From: Dudresnaya verticillata
Taxonomy: Eukaryota
Reading direction: 5' to 3'
Assembly: GCA_977862235.1 (NCBI GenBank)
Contig: OZ374562.1
Span: 744,001 to 808,000 of the forward strand
DNA length: 64,000 nucleotides
The position numbers and the translations under genes are program-made. The notes beneath the pieces are model-generated. The model was not told the origin of the DNA and searched no databases. It saw only the letters and a program-made list of their open reading frames with translations. Below, in pieces: positions 47,471-60,264 of this stretch; the first letter of the stretch is position 1, and every line of letters starts with the position of its first letter.

Positions 47471-49039
47471 GTAGCCCCCTTCCTTGCGTGTAACTCTTTG
47501 CTTCTCTGGCACTTTTGTGCTGGTGCGCCTGCTAATGGGTCTTAGTTGCCCATGAGGGACCACCCTAAACAATTAGTAAATGTTCACTATTACATTGGTA
47601 CACTAGATACGTATCAATGAAAGGGCGTCCTTTCGTCGAAGTGGGAAAACGAAATTAAGGTGCCTCATTCTTTAATCTAGATGCCAGCCGGAAATTTGTG
47701 AGGGCGCAACCATCGTACTTCACGCAGTGAAATCTCTGTGCTCAAGCGAGAGTATAACCTATGTACACTGCGTAGTAGTGGAGCGCTTAGAACGATCGTT
47801 CTACACACGTGTACTAGCAAAACCACTACACCAGATTAATTCGTGTACTAGCAAGATAACTACCGCAGATTTATTCCAATCGCTTCGCAGTTACCGTACA
47901 GTTCAAGACCCTTCCGTTGCCGTGACAAACGCGCTTCAGCAATATGACTGTCTATAGTCAAATCATAACACACTGCATGCGTACATGCATGCATGCAACA
48001 CATTCGTGAAAGGACAACACGATATCACGACTGGGGTGGCCACAAAATTCTAAACACACCTGGGCGGTGAAAGGGTTGCTGCACACCATAACAGTGCCGT
48101 GTTACTGCACATACGGTACAGAGCTGAATCCTGCCCTTTGGGGAGGGATTCTTCCAACTCTTTGGCCCGGTACTATGGTTGTATTTATGGAATTTACAAT
48201 GGCCAGTCTGAACGTCCCATAAAAACTTGCAGCACTCCCGTCCTTGCATGTCCTCCAATTTTTCTGTTAACGGCCAAATCCGACACGAGTTGCTGCTTGC
48301 GAGCGCGCGAAGCCAACACGATAAAGGCAAAAAATGTGCTTCTCGCCGCTCTCATCTGGTGAGTATCAACCAAGCCTGTAAAGTCCTGACGCTTCTTTCT
48401 TGACCAAGAAGATAGTTTTTCTTCCTGCGGCCTTCTCGCGACGACGCGCGGGCCCATTTCGGCGCCGACGAAAAACGGCGAGGTTTCCACGCGTGTCGCA
48501 ATATATTGCGCGTTGCACAAGCGGTTTTATGAGTTCGTGTGCGGATGCGAAGTATCAGTTCTCGACTGTCGTTCGTCGTGAATACCGTCGAGAATTTGCG
48601 TCACCGCGGTGAGCACGCGCATGAGTATATTTCTGTCCCCATCGCCCAAGCTTGAAACTCCGCCATTCCATCCATGGCCAACAGCACCACCTACCGCCCT
48701 TTCTGTTCCGGATACAACACCGACATCCGGTCAGCAGACGTTTTGACTCATCGAACCTATTACCCTAGCGAACAAACGAGTACAGCCTTCCGACGCATAG
48801 GATCAGGCGCGAAAGACTAGCGCGCAGCCGCTGAAGAAGGATGAAGAAGAAGCTCTTCCGTCAACGAAGCCTGGGGGATGCCGAGGCGGCCGACGAGGCC
48901 CCGGATCGGAAGCGGTGATTCAAGACCTGCGATGCTGCGGAGCAGTCGGGGTTTCTACGAACCAAGAGAAGAAGACATTCGGATACCACTGCGAGATAAT
49001 CGTTTCACTGCAACCTGGATGTAGAAGTGGAGCCTGGTA

Positions 49040-51110
49040 TTGCAGAAAGCCCTTTCAGCCCACAGGGGAGGAAGGCGTTCAATCGCGCTCAAGGCCACAA
49101 GGATGGCCAAGCGCACGACGATCGGCCCCCGCGTAGTGACAATCCTCGCCCAGTCCACGCAAGGCCATGCGCTTCTAAATCATCTCCCGCTACCGACACG
49201 CGACAGGAGATGCAGGAAAGGCGTGCCGACACCGAATACGAGGCACTTGGGGAAAGGTCACTTGACGGGGCCACGCCCTGCACATTGCGACACTGACCTG
49301 TCCGATGTTGACAGTCTAGAATCATCGTTGTTGGGACTTCCTGAACAAGGAAGGGAGAAGGGCGTAGCAGTCCTCTGCAGACTAGAACACTTTATACAAG
49401 ACGCGTACGGCTCCATCTCGGAGAAGGTTCCGGAGGTATTGAATGATCCCAAACGGTTTGGTGTGGATGCAAGCACCTCTGCCTTTTCGAATATACAACG
49501 CAAAGAGAAATGCAGTTTGGCTGATGCATTTGCGAAGGAAGATGTTCTTATCAGTGTCGCCGGTAATGTAAGTGATTTCACATTGGCGGACATGGCAATG
49601 AGCGAACGACTCGAGTTCTTCAGCCTCTCGGTTTGTCTCACCAAGGCTTACAACTCTTTTGTGATGCAGCACTTCAAGGATAACTTCGAAGGGTGTAGCG
49701 GCAAGGCTATCGTAATTGATGTGCTCGGAAATGCAATGTCCCAAGCAGTCGATGGCTACGAGCGCAAACTCTGTCTCTTGCGCGTTATGTATACGAGAGC
49801 AGGGTACATGTACACCTACTGTATACCCTAACATCAAGGATGGTGCACTTCGAATATTACCCGCATCAACAGCATTACATCGAAGCTGGTAGACACCGCT
49901 GAGGGAAGGTTCAAAATGGCTTGGCCGGACGCCACTATATTTACCAAGTTGTGACTAGAGGCACCCGTTCGACTGCACCACGCCTTCAATTCCGGTGAAT
50001 GCAACGGAATGACCTGCGAGCGATTCATCGGTATTTTGAATACGTCGTATTTCCCCTTCCCTGTAACATTTCGAAGTTTACAAGGGAGCAATACCGACTC
50101 AGAGTTGGAGAAGCAATGGCCTTTGTCCCACCTGCATCCATACAACGAGTTCATGGTATTTGATTCCGGGATGAGAATCGTGACTCACGCCGTGAAAAGA
50201 TCATGGGAAGTGATTGCCAAATTCAGAAAAAGAGCTGAGTTTGTAAATCACGTGGCATTTCCAATCAGTAGCCCTTTCATTGGCCCTTTCCGGGGAGACA
50301 GAAAGGTTGATATTCATCGTTTCTGCGCTGCGAGATCGGACAACCTGCCCGCGTGTTCACACCGCGCGGCGCGCTCTGCTCCAGTAACAATGCAAAGGCT
50401 CGTCTTTTCGCAATGGTCGAGCGAATACAACACCAAGTTCACGTTTTGAAAATACTCTAGTGTCATGATCATGTAGTGATGCTGTGAAATTGAGTCATAT
50501 CCTTGCATTTCTTACGAACGTTTCAGCAGCATGGGGGTAATGAGCGTCCTTTCCTACACTGAAAGCATGCTGAAACAGCGAGGAGTCACTTCAAACATAC
50601 CAGGATCGTGTCTAGGGGTCGTGGTTGGACCGTCAATGTGTCCCATAAGGAAAAACGTACTTGAATTGGATAAAATCAATGGTTTGGGGCACACGCATAT
50701 TCGTGTCTGTTTGCGGTGATTTCACAACCTCGTCGTTCCCGCTTCGTTCGGCGCGGTAACCCACGGGATCGTGCGCGGTTTGTGGAAGCTCCCTCACAAT
50801 TCCGGTGTAGTCTCGCAGGCCTGCTCCATGGGGCTGTCCCCGAGCACTACAAAATATGCAAGGACGGAATCGGAGAACGAAAAGAGGGCCTATCAAGTGC
50901 ACGATGAGTCTATGTCAACCGGTATCTGCTTCTCAAGGACGCCGACTCCTTCGATATACGGCTAGGTTTTGAAGAATGTCTACGAGGCAACTGGGCACTG
51001 AAGTGTCGGAATCATTCGTATTTCAACAGCAAGACCTCCGTGAACTCATTTCAAGGTACGATAACCATTTAAACACATTGAAATGCCCCTCTACGGAACT
51101 ATTTTGACGT
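49040..51110 (+). pseudogene. Long single-frame degenerate ORF of unknown function
   Basis: ORFs starting at 49040, 50009, 50531 and 50771 all lie in one frame, separated only by stop codons. Possible start at ATG 48674 in the same frame. Confidence 0.5.
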
Positions 51111-52006
51111 TGTGAAATCCATTGAACTGTCCGGAAAAAAGGTTTCAACGACCTGAACATTTCTTTCCGCTCACCCCTTCTTCCTGCTCAAGCTTTTCAC
51201 ACTCTCTACTGCAGTAGATTTTACCACTATGGGCCCGGGTCCTGTTGGCGTTGCAGCCCTTACAATCAGAAGAAATGTTCTACAGAGGGAAAGGATGAAT
51301 CCAGTGATGGCCTCTTTACGACGGAAATGTGCAGACGAGGCTGCCTGCCCACGACACTACACTTCATGTATGACTTAGGACCGTTTCGTAGGATAGTAAG
51401 AGAATAACTATTAGTGGGAGAGAAAACTGCAAAACGTTCTCACTATTCGCAGTACATGTACGTCTGGTATGTGCACATGACATTCGTACGTACTCCGCAC
51501 AGTGGTATACCGTTTCACAGGTGCAGTTTGTTAACGTGCAGTAAACATTTCACGAAGGAATTCCACCTGCTTGCTCCAGTGCAGTTGAAACTAGCTAGTT
51601 TTTGACAGGACCAGAGCAAGCAGTGTAGTAGTAATCCTGCACGGTTTCTAAGCCGTACCCGTTTTCAGAACATACCTGGCAACAGATTCCTGGCTATAAC
51701 GAAGGTAGGGAACGCACGCATGCTCCGACAGGATCTACCTGGCCTTCTTATATCCATATTCATTTTCTCAGTATTCATGGAGCATGGGCGTGTGCACATT
51801 ACAACGAGTCGAACTGAAAGGATGAGGGTTGGAAAGGGGTTCGCAGGTATAATGCATGCAACGAGGGAAAGAGGGGCTGGATAGTCCGTTCTGTCGCATT
51901 CGCAACACCGTATCCGTGCAGGTGCGAGTTCTACTCGTGAAAAGATACTATTAGTACTGGAATACAGCTACAATAGGTCCTCCGAGCGGAATACAGGAAC
52001 AGTGGT

Positions 52007-52807
52007 TTTTGTATAGACGTCGGGTCGATCCGACGTCTGGTACTCGCTGGCCCGAAGCCGCCATACAGACCTGTCGATGGGTAGCTGGTGGTAGAGCGGT
52101 GTCGGCGGCGTGCGCTCTGCAGATGCGGATCGACGGCGTCGATGCCGGATCGCGCGCGGGGCATACCTTAGGCAGAGAGGCAGCGGCCGGAACCCAGCGT
52201 CCTTGTCGAAGGGCGGCACGAAGCCGACAGAAAAGGAAGAAGTAAAGCCTAGCGAGGCAAGGGAGAAAGGGAAACCGCCCGCTGGCATAGAGGAAAAGGA
52301 TCGAACCCGAAAGGCAGGGGGCAAGCTTCAGCACGAGCTGTTGCTTGCCCGGTTTACTGAGCCATCAATGGCAGACGGCCTTAAATATTCTAGACTAACG
52401 TACACCTACGGCTACTCCTACGCCTATTGCGCCCCTGCGGCACCAGCACGGGAGGTGCGCGTGCGTGCGCCCATACATGTGTCGAAACGTCTGGGTAACT
52501 ACCAGTGGGCGCGTGCAGGGCGTAACGGGTAGAGTCCCTCTCAACGGCTCAGTGCCGAAGAACGATACGGGAGCGAGCCGTGTGTGGCACGGTTCGCGGC
52601 CGCTGCCGACAGCAAAGCGATCGACTGCCGCTAAAATCAACGAAAAAACTAACGGGCTTGCTGCCCAAATACGACTCGCCAGCAGGCGTCGTCCTAGTGC
52701 ACCATTACAGTGCGCGGCTGTGCGCCCCTCCTTACAGCCGCTGCTGATCGGGTGCTGACAGCTATACTACAATACGCTGCTGATCGAGTGCTGACAGCTC
52801 TATTACA
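52007..52807 (-). mobile_element. Solo LTR, diverged member of family A
   Basis: Aligns to 16037-16973 (atagacgtc.ggtcga, ggtggtagagcggtg, gggcggcacgaagccgac). TSD GTGGT at 52002-52006 and 52808-52812. The left terminus is mutated. Confidence 0.85.
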
Positions 52808-53748
52808 GTGGTGTTGGCGGAAGAGCATGTGAGCAAAAGCGGTTGGGTTCCCTCGGATTGAAAGCGCGCGCGCAACTACGAAACTGGACAACTATGAAAC
52901 ATGCGGCGGAAGGATGGTACTTACTCGTGAAGGCGAACAAAATAGTTCGGAGCGAGCACCTGAGATATTTGTAACAGCGCGGGAGAGATGATTCTAACAC
53001 ATGCGTTTTACACGGCCGTTTGCCAGAGCACCGCAATATGCCTGCGCAAGGACGGGGACTTCGGGCATTTGGGGACGTACAACCTTCACACTTGCTGGGT
53101 ATGGGGCAAGCTGTTGCTGCAGTTCTTCTAACTCTACAATTGGAGCTCCGCGCAAGCTGGGAAACTGTAAATTTCTAATTTGAGAAATTCTGCTCCTATA
53201 CCACAAATCACGTATACTGACGCAGTTCTTAACAATGAGCCACGCAGAGCGAGGAGATATCTGATTTGGCCCGGCCAAGTAGAGTTTAGACCCTTAATTT
53301 GTCGCCCCAGTCGGTGAGAGACCTGGTGGGTTGTTAGCAATGTCTGGACCCTCATCATGTGGGCTATCTTACGTGCAGGGCCATGGCCCATTTTTAACGT
53401 GTCTCATTGGTGTCTTTGAATAGACAAAACACCTAAAACGGACGTAATGCTGTTTGATCCCTTCGGCCCAAGAAATGACTGAAAAATGAAAGCAATCCTC
53501 AAAATGAAACCAATAAGGGCGTTGAAGCCATTCTGCTTACAGTATTCGGAGAGTTACGATGATACACGCGTATGAAAGGTTGTGTTGACGTTGAAAGTTT
53601 GTGAGGATCTCAACTTCACCTCGAAGCCACCTGGGAACTCCGTAGATTCTGGGGTTCCCCTCTGTCTGTACATTTGGTCCTTCATCTCTGGCACTGCTAT
53701 CCCGAAGATAGACAGTTCATTTTCAAAAGCTATGTCTCGTACCAGACA

Positions 53749-54235
53749 GAATATTGGCGGTAACAAAGCTCACGAGTCTGACTTAGCGAAAGGTAAGAGC
53801 TCACATGTTCAGTCAGGACATGTTCCTTTAAACGAACCGTGGTTTGCTTCAAGGATGTTTTCTGTGCACCGAAGCAGGGCAATTACTTCTGCATGGATGA
53901 CGTGTTCAAACTGTAGCTGCAGTTGGTTGTTATATAGTATTGCAACCGACTTTAGCTACAATATATATGATGAAAATAATAAGTGATAGAGAAACGACAT
54001 ATACAGTATGTTCTATAGAATATCGGGATTATTGAATAAGTAGGATAGAACTTTGTGTTATTAGTACCATTCACAAGACCACGTTAAACAAGTATTAAAA
54101 TCAAACATCACAATTCTGTTTTATGAACGGGTTTCTGGAGAAAAAGGATTAGAAGCGGAAAGCTGAGTGGCAGGGGGACGTAGTGATGTGTAGATCTCCA
54201 GGTCAGGAGTCAGAGGTTAGAAATGGGGTAATGGT
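53749..54235. repeat. Dispersed repeat, direct copy of 23880-24470
   Basis: Collinear sequence similarity over about 480 bp. Confidence 0.85.
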
Positions 54236-54559
54236 CCTGTAATGAAATCATTAATTTTTCTACGGGCATATTCATGCTGACGAACCATGGTTATGTTTTA
54301 TGTAGTTGTATTCACAATGGTTCTCAGTGAGCATTTTCTTCTAACTTTAGTCAACGGTCGTTTTAAGTTTTAGAGGCAGTCCTCTCCTGCCTATAAGTAC
54401 CGCATAGTTCTCTCTTATTGTACCCTCTTACTACTGAGAGATACAACAATTTCATCTACACAACACACTCTTTTCTACTATGCTCAGTAAATCTACTGTT
54501 CCTCTGATACCGCTGCTATTGCCAACTTGCTACTGATCCAAACAGCCTTCTTTTATTGT

Positions 54560-55289
54560 TATGATCCCAGGCTCAGCATCAGCGTATCTGCGGACGTGCC
54601 CAAGGTTTTCTTGACATATACAAAATGTACATTGAACAGATGGCAAAGGCAATCAAGAAGAGTACTCAATATCTGTTTCTTTATGGAATTCTTTCCATAA
54701 CAGGCTCCCAGACGCTAACGCAAACAAAATACCCACGGGACTTCGTGGTACAATGCTTCAGTCCCAGCTTTATGGAAGAGCAAAAGATCTATGCAAATCC
54801 ATTCCAGATACTGAGATCCAATCCGCTACGGGCTTAGAGGCTGTGGTGCATGCTGTATACACAGGAAATGCACTCTCGGTTGTAAGTGAAGTTTACTAAA
54901 ACTTTATTGCCCTATTGTGTACCAAGCGCGGAACCACGGAGACACACAAAAATTTCGAATCACGATTCGGCGCTCAAGTTTCCATATTTAGTGCTGTCTC
55001 CAGTACAACAAAGCTCTCAGAAGCCCCTTCTGCTTCTATGCTACTTGAAAAACCTACCGTGGATAACGGTCAAAGAGTTTATGTTCTTGCAGCAGCTTCG
55101 AACAGCACAAATACAGCTCCGACTGCTCAACTGATGATTCTCTCGATTCAATTTCATACAAGATAGTAGCTTCTGCTGCAAGCCAGTGTGACCAAGTCAT
55201 GACCGAGACTATTCTTCCCCTGTCTGCAAATGCTGTGAACACGCAGTTCAAAAGAACGAACTTCCCAAGAAATCGCAAAAGGCTTACAC
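54560..55289 (+). pseudogene. gag: Ty1/Copia gag relic
   Basis: LQSQLYGRAKDLC..AVVHAVY..LSVVSEVY*NF..LL..KRG..E..KNFESRF.AQ..MLL..VD..QR..VLAA; same strand and upstream of the Copia pol. Confidence 0.65.
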
Positions 55290-56487
55290 TGTAGTGTAAC
55301 GCCAAGGAGGCCACCGAATGGAAGCAACCTGGCGGGCCAGGCGAATGAGCGGCCCAACCCACAGAAGATACTTGGCCAATGGAGCCACAACGCCGGCGCA
55401 CGGACGACGGTGATAGCGCGCAAATACAACACGTGGCCGCCGAGTGCACACGTAGCGCACACGTGGCCACTTACAACACCGAAGTGCACCACGTGGCCCG
55501 CTGTACGCGTATGATCTGATCTGAGGCCAGACACAAATGGAAATTGGATTTGGCCGCAAGCGAAATCAAAGGGAAGACAGTGGAAAAACCAAGGGAAAAT
55601 CTAACTCGCATGGCCCACCACTAACGCATAAGTACTTGGTTTAATCTCGCAAGGGCCCTATATTGTCCCGACGCTGGAACACCAGTAGATATTATGGCCG
55701 ACGGGGAGTAACCTCGGCCACTAACTGTTGAACAGCTTTAGATTAGCTCAGATTGCCGATTTTGAGTCTACTTATCTGGCCACATACCACGGCTTACCCG
55801 AAAAGGTACGAAGCCGTCCCGCTAGAGGTCGGGAGTAAAGTTAGCAACTGAACCCCCTACTTGGCCATTTTCTGTCCTCATCGCAGATCTGGCCACGACT
55901 TCGTCTGCGCGCTCCCGCTCTACCATGCTTGCTACCGGCGCGCAGGTCCGTTCTACGTTCTGGCCAGTTCCTACGAAATCCGACAGGTCTTTTGGTCTTC
56001 TTGGGGTCTCGTTTTGGCGCCGCACCCGGTGGTGCTTTTCGAGATAGTACATACACCTGATTAGCTCGCAGACTTCAAAGCCGCAGCAAATGTCGTAAGT
56101 TTCACAAATTCGGACACTGGCACTCTGATCACACAGATGACGGTAAATGAAAGCCTGGAGTGAAGTGATGCAAAATCGAACCCCCAACCACCGAAGAAAA
56201 CCGTGGCCTTCAACATGCGATATCTACTCGATTCCCCCATTGAGATAAGCGAAGCCTTTACAGGCCCGTTACTTGATGTGATGAAGGTGGTCCGTATAGT
56301 GGTCTAGGCATGTCCGAGTTTACGATACTGTAGTACATTATCCTCCCGGACCGGGAAGGCAATCTGGGCCCTATTCCGTAACAGCTGCAGTTTGTACCTT
56401 TTGGCAATACGGTGCAGGGCACAACTCCAGTGAGGCAAGGAGAATTATCGGATCGGTTACTTTAATGGCTCGCACTGATTATACTAA
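55290..56487 (+). mobile_element. LTR (family C) lodged in the Copia element, no TSD
   Basis: Starts TGTAGTGTAA and ends TTATACTAA (degenerate inverted terminus). Non-coding. Copia coding sequence stops and resumes at these points. Confidence 0.55.
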
Positions 56488-57853
56488 CCTAGTGTCTATT
56501 CGACAGCTAATCATTGAAGGCTCCTCGCAATGCATTATCGACCGTAATATCACGAAGGATTGTGACATTGTTCATGTCGGCGATAACAGGCTCGTTATGC
56601 CAACATCTGAAGATTCGATTGGTCTCCAAGACAATTGATTCCACAGATACATACCGTATAACGTATTCCTACCGCACAGTTCCAACCTGTCATCCCGTGT
56701 CACGAACAAGTTCTATTGTGCCACTGCTCAGATCAACCAAAACCAAAACCAAGGCACTCTTCCCTTTGGAGACATCAAGAAGATTGTTGATAAGGTCCAT
56801 CAACACGTCTGTGAACACTCTTCTCATTCTGATATCAAGATATTGCTCCAGCGAAACAACATTTGGAATGCTGAAGTGCAGAAATATCTGTCCTGTGTCC
56901 TGGACAGATGCTCAAGTTGTTCAACTACTTCTCGACACTAAGAAACCCGGAAGGTCTCACTAAGCTCCATGAGCAGGAACGTTGACGAAGTTGTATGCAT
57001 TGATAATTTCCACCTTGATACGAACTATGTGTTTCGTCTCATGAACTCTGCTTCAAGATATTCTACCGGCGATGTTATAAGCACCATGACTATGACGGAA
57101 GTTATCAATTCTTTCGAATCTCTATGGATAACATCGTTATGGCGCGAGATGTGTTCTATTTGACCAAGCGTTCAACAACACCGAGTTCATACATTATCTG
57201 AAAAGTCAAGACATTGAAGCCCGCCCTATACCTCCGCGTCGCCACAACAATAATGCCATTGAATCGAAGCACAGAGTTATTCGAGATGTCTACCTACGAT
57301 TGAAAGAAGGATGTACAAATTGCTCTGCTGAGCACCAAAACATCCTAGTGCAGCAGGCAGTACGAATATCAAATGATGTATGTTCTGCTCATGAGTTGGC
57401 GAAAGGCTATACGAGATGAATAGAATCCGGAGAATTTCCTGCACAAGTTCCGGAAGAAATTGTCAAGGCCCATTATGACCTCATGCCTAAGCGAAAATTG
57501 ACCCGCATCCTTCACTGCAAGTCAACTGCTGATATACCTGCAATGTTGGAGATACCGCACAAGTTTATATCAAAGAACAAAATGCCAAGCGCGGCAAGTG
57601 GTCATCTCCGAAGGTGATTCTATCGTTCGATAAAACTTCTGGAACCATTTCAGTTCCTGTAAAACGTGCACGCCAAGACAAAGCGGCTGTTGAAGATGTC
57701 CGTCTTGCCCTACCTGTGGATACACTAGGCAGTTCCAAGAATCATTTGATGCTCTCTCCAAAAGTCTGGATGAATGCATTGATGATCTCTGTTCTAAAGA
57801 AGAAGTTCCATCAAATAACGAGCTTGAGACTACCACTATCGAGGAGGTGGGAT

Positions 57854-57929
57854 ACGAAAACGATGACGGAGATATTCTCAGCTCAAAACCAACGGTGTGA
57901 GCTGAGAATATCTCCGTCATCGTTTTCGT
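57854..57929. repeat. Perfect 32-bp inverted duplication inside the Copia coding sequence
   Basis: acgaaaacgatgacggagatattctcagctca-12 nt-tgagctgagaatatctccgtcatcgttttcgt. Confidence 0.95.
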
Positions 57930-57950
57930 TGGTTGGTGACTGTTGGTGAC

Positions 57951-58897
57951 TGTAGTGCAAAACGTCTATGACGGAAAACACTGTCCGGGCCGTTCGTAGC
58001 CCGGCCGGTAGCTCGCCTCTGGCGGATGAGTTCCGAGGGCGGTGCACGGGGGTAGAGTTTCGTAACACACCAAGGGCGGACTGTAATGGCCCGAAGCGGT
58101 ATAAATGGAAAAGGGAAGCGTCGTACTGACAGAGAAAAGGGGAAAAGAGGAAAACACACGTCCACAGCGGAGTCGATGAGTGCACGGTAGTCCGGCACGT
58201 ATCCCACGCTAATAGCGGCGATGTACGCTCTTGAGCGCAGGTGGTGCAGAACCACTGAGCTTCTAAGAGGAGAAACAAAAGGGGATACACGTCAAAGACG
58301 GAAATTGACGGGGAAGCGCGATCGTCACAACGCGTAGCCTACGTGGTTAGCGGCGGTGATGCTAACAAGCGAAGCGGCGAAGTGTAATGGCAGACCGGGT
58401 CGGCGGGGGATTACTGAGTGGTCTCCCGACGGGTTTCCTATGTAGTACTGCTACTGCTAGAGCGACGGAGGCGTTGGAACGCAGGACACGTGTCATCCCA
58501 GCGTGGGTCTGACAAGTGCCCTGGAATTCAGCCACGCTCCTGACAGATTTGTCTATACCGCGGCGAACGTAAAGCCGATGCTTACACTTACACGTGGGTA
58601 CATGTCGCGCTTACAGAAGCGTACCACGTGATATGGTCAGCCGCATGTTGGCCCGGTTGCGCCTCGGCTGGTGCCGAGTGTGGAACGTGTCCGCGTATAC
58701 CATGTACACCGCGTGCCACCCATAGGAAGCCGGCTTTGCCATAATCCACGCCTAGGCCGACATTTCCCGGGAAGTTAAAGCGGGTTCGCGCCCGAATCTA
58801 GATCCTGAACGGCGTTGGCGGCGGAGCGCCGAGGGCGGTAGAGGTCCATCCAAGACAGTATAACTGCGCCTAGGGCGATATTGAAGTTAGCCCTATA
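57951..58897 (-). mobile_element. Solo LTR (family D) inserted in the Copia Tudor-coding sequence
   Basis: TGTAG...CTATA termini with TSD GTGAC at 57946-57950 and 58898-58902. Its removal restores VGD-AIDVYWPLDD. Strand is tentative. Confidence 0.8.
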
Positions 58898-59547
58898 GTG
58901 ACGCCATTGATGTATATTGGCCCCTCGACGATATGTTCTACACTGAAAAGTGGCCACAATTAACGAAGATAACAACCAGTACAACATTGATTACGATGAT
59001 GGTGGCAAAGAATATCTCAAGCTATCGGATGAGACATGGAGCTATAGCTCGGATGAAGCAATAGCAACCAACAACGCACGAATATCGATTCAAACGCTCA
59101 CAAGTTCTCTGCAAGACGTTCTTGAGTCTTATAATCTTGCCTTCGGTCACAAAGATTTTACGGGCTACCAGGCGCAAGGGCTACCAACGTTTCCCTTGTT
59201 AAATGATTACAAAAAAGAAGAAGAGGCCTTGAAGAAAACAGTCAAGATGGTCCATGCTTCTGATATTCGAAAGCATGGAAATGTCATCACAAGCCATGTG
59301 ATATACAAAATTAAGAATAATGATGATGGCTCGATGAAAATGAAAGCACGCATAGCGCCACATGGTAACAAAGACAAAGAACGCTTTCAGTTGAAACCGG
59401 ACTCTTCAACCTGTCCGCCCACTGGTAATGGAATTCTGTTGTCCCTCGCAGCTTAGTTCAAGTGGTTCTTGGCCAAGATAGATTTTAAGAGGGCGTTTCT
59501 GCGAACAGGAGAAGAAAAGCGATACGTCTACGTCGTTCCGCCACGAG

Positions 59548-60264
59548 TGTGGTATAACGAAGTTCACGGAGACGCAGGGACGTCTCGCACTGTAAACGAT
59601 GGCCACGGAGCCGAATGTGTGGCCTCACAGCCTAAGGGAAAACGAAGAGACGAAAATCGGCGGTAGCGTGGTAGAGCGGGGTGACCGACGCCGAGGACCA
59701 CGGTAGCAATAAATAGGCGTGTGGAAGGGAGAACTGCGAGCAGTCGAGCACCGGGGATGATTCCATGTGCGCGGGGCTATCGAAAGCGAGACTCAACCGT
59801 ATCCGCGAACACGAACTCGAAGACACCGAACACGAAGAAACAGGCGTTTACCATAGACTCCGAGTTCCAGACGCTAATCGCCTACCGGAAACCCTCGGAC
59901 ATCGTGCCAGACGGCTGGCTAAGTACAACTACATGCGCACGAGTACGCGTCAACCCGGGACACGGCTCGTGCTCGGCTAATTCGTAACGGCCTCGGAGCC
60001 AACGAACGGTTGTCTCACGTAGGGTGGCGGTTACGGAGTACGCCAGCAATGCATACGGAGGTGCGTGCGCATCGTGGGCCTCGGAGCCGTTCGCGCAGGA
60101 AACAGCGGGAAAACACGGAGGTGTCAGCGATTTCGTACCTGGTGCGCACAGCAATGCGAATGCCTTCGTGGCGCGCGCGTTTACGGAGTCACTTCGAAAT
60201 TCGTATTTCTCGATTATTTTCACGGAGACCACGGAGTCGATTAGCGCACATCTTCTATACCACA
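59548..60264 (-). mobile_element. 3' LTR (family B) of an LTR element inserted into the Copia RT
   Basis: Termini TGTGGTATA...TATACCACA. It interrupts YVVPPRE. No TGG primer-binding site follows on +; a weak purine tract gatgacggggccg precedes it on -. Confidence 0.88.

Larger units (their letters stand above)
56490..59547 (+). pseudogene. pol: Ty1/Copia pol relic: protease end, integrase, Tudor domain, RT start
   Basis: IEGSSQCIIDRN; HQHVCEHS..CSSC zinc finger; VVCID..FDQAF..PPRRHNNNAIESKH; RT NVITSHVIYKIK..DGS..KARIAPHG..IDFKRAFL..VYVVPP. INT lies before RT, which is the Copia order. Confidence 0.9.

Noticed and set aside
33405..48020. Exact 16-bp inverted match as TIRs of a 14.6-kb element
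   Set aside because: No TSD and no extension of the match; the core motif recurs at many other sites.
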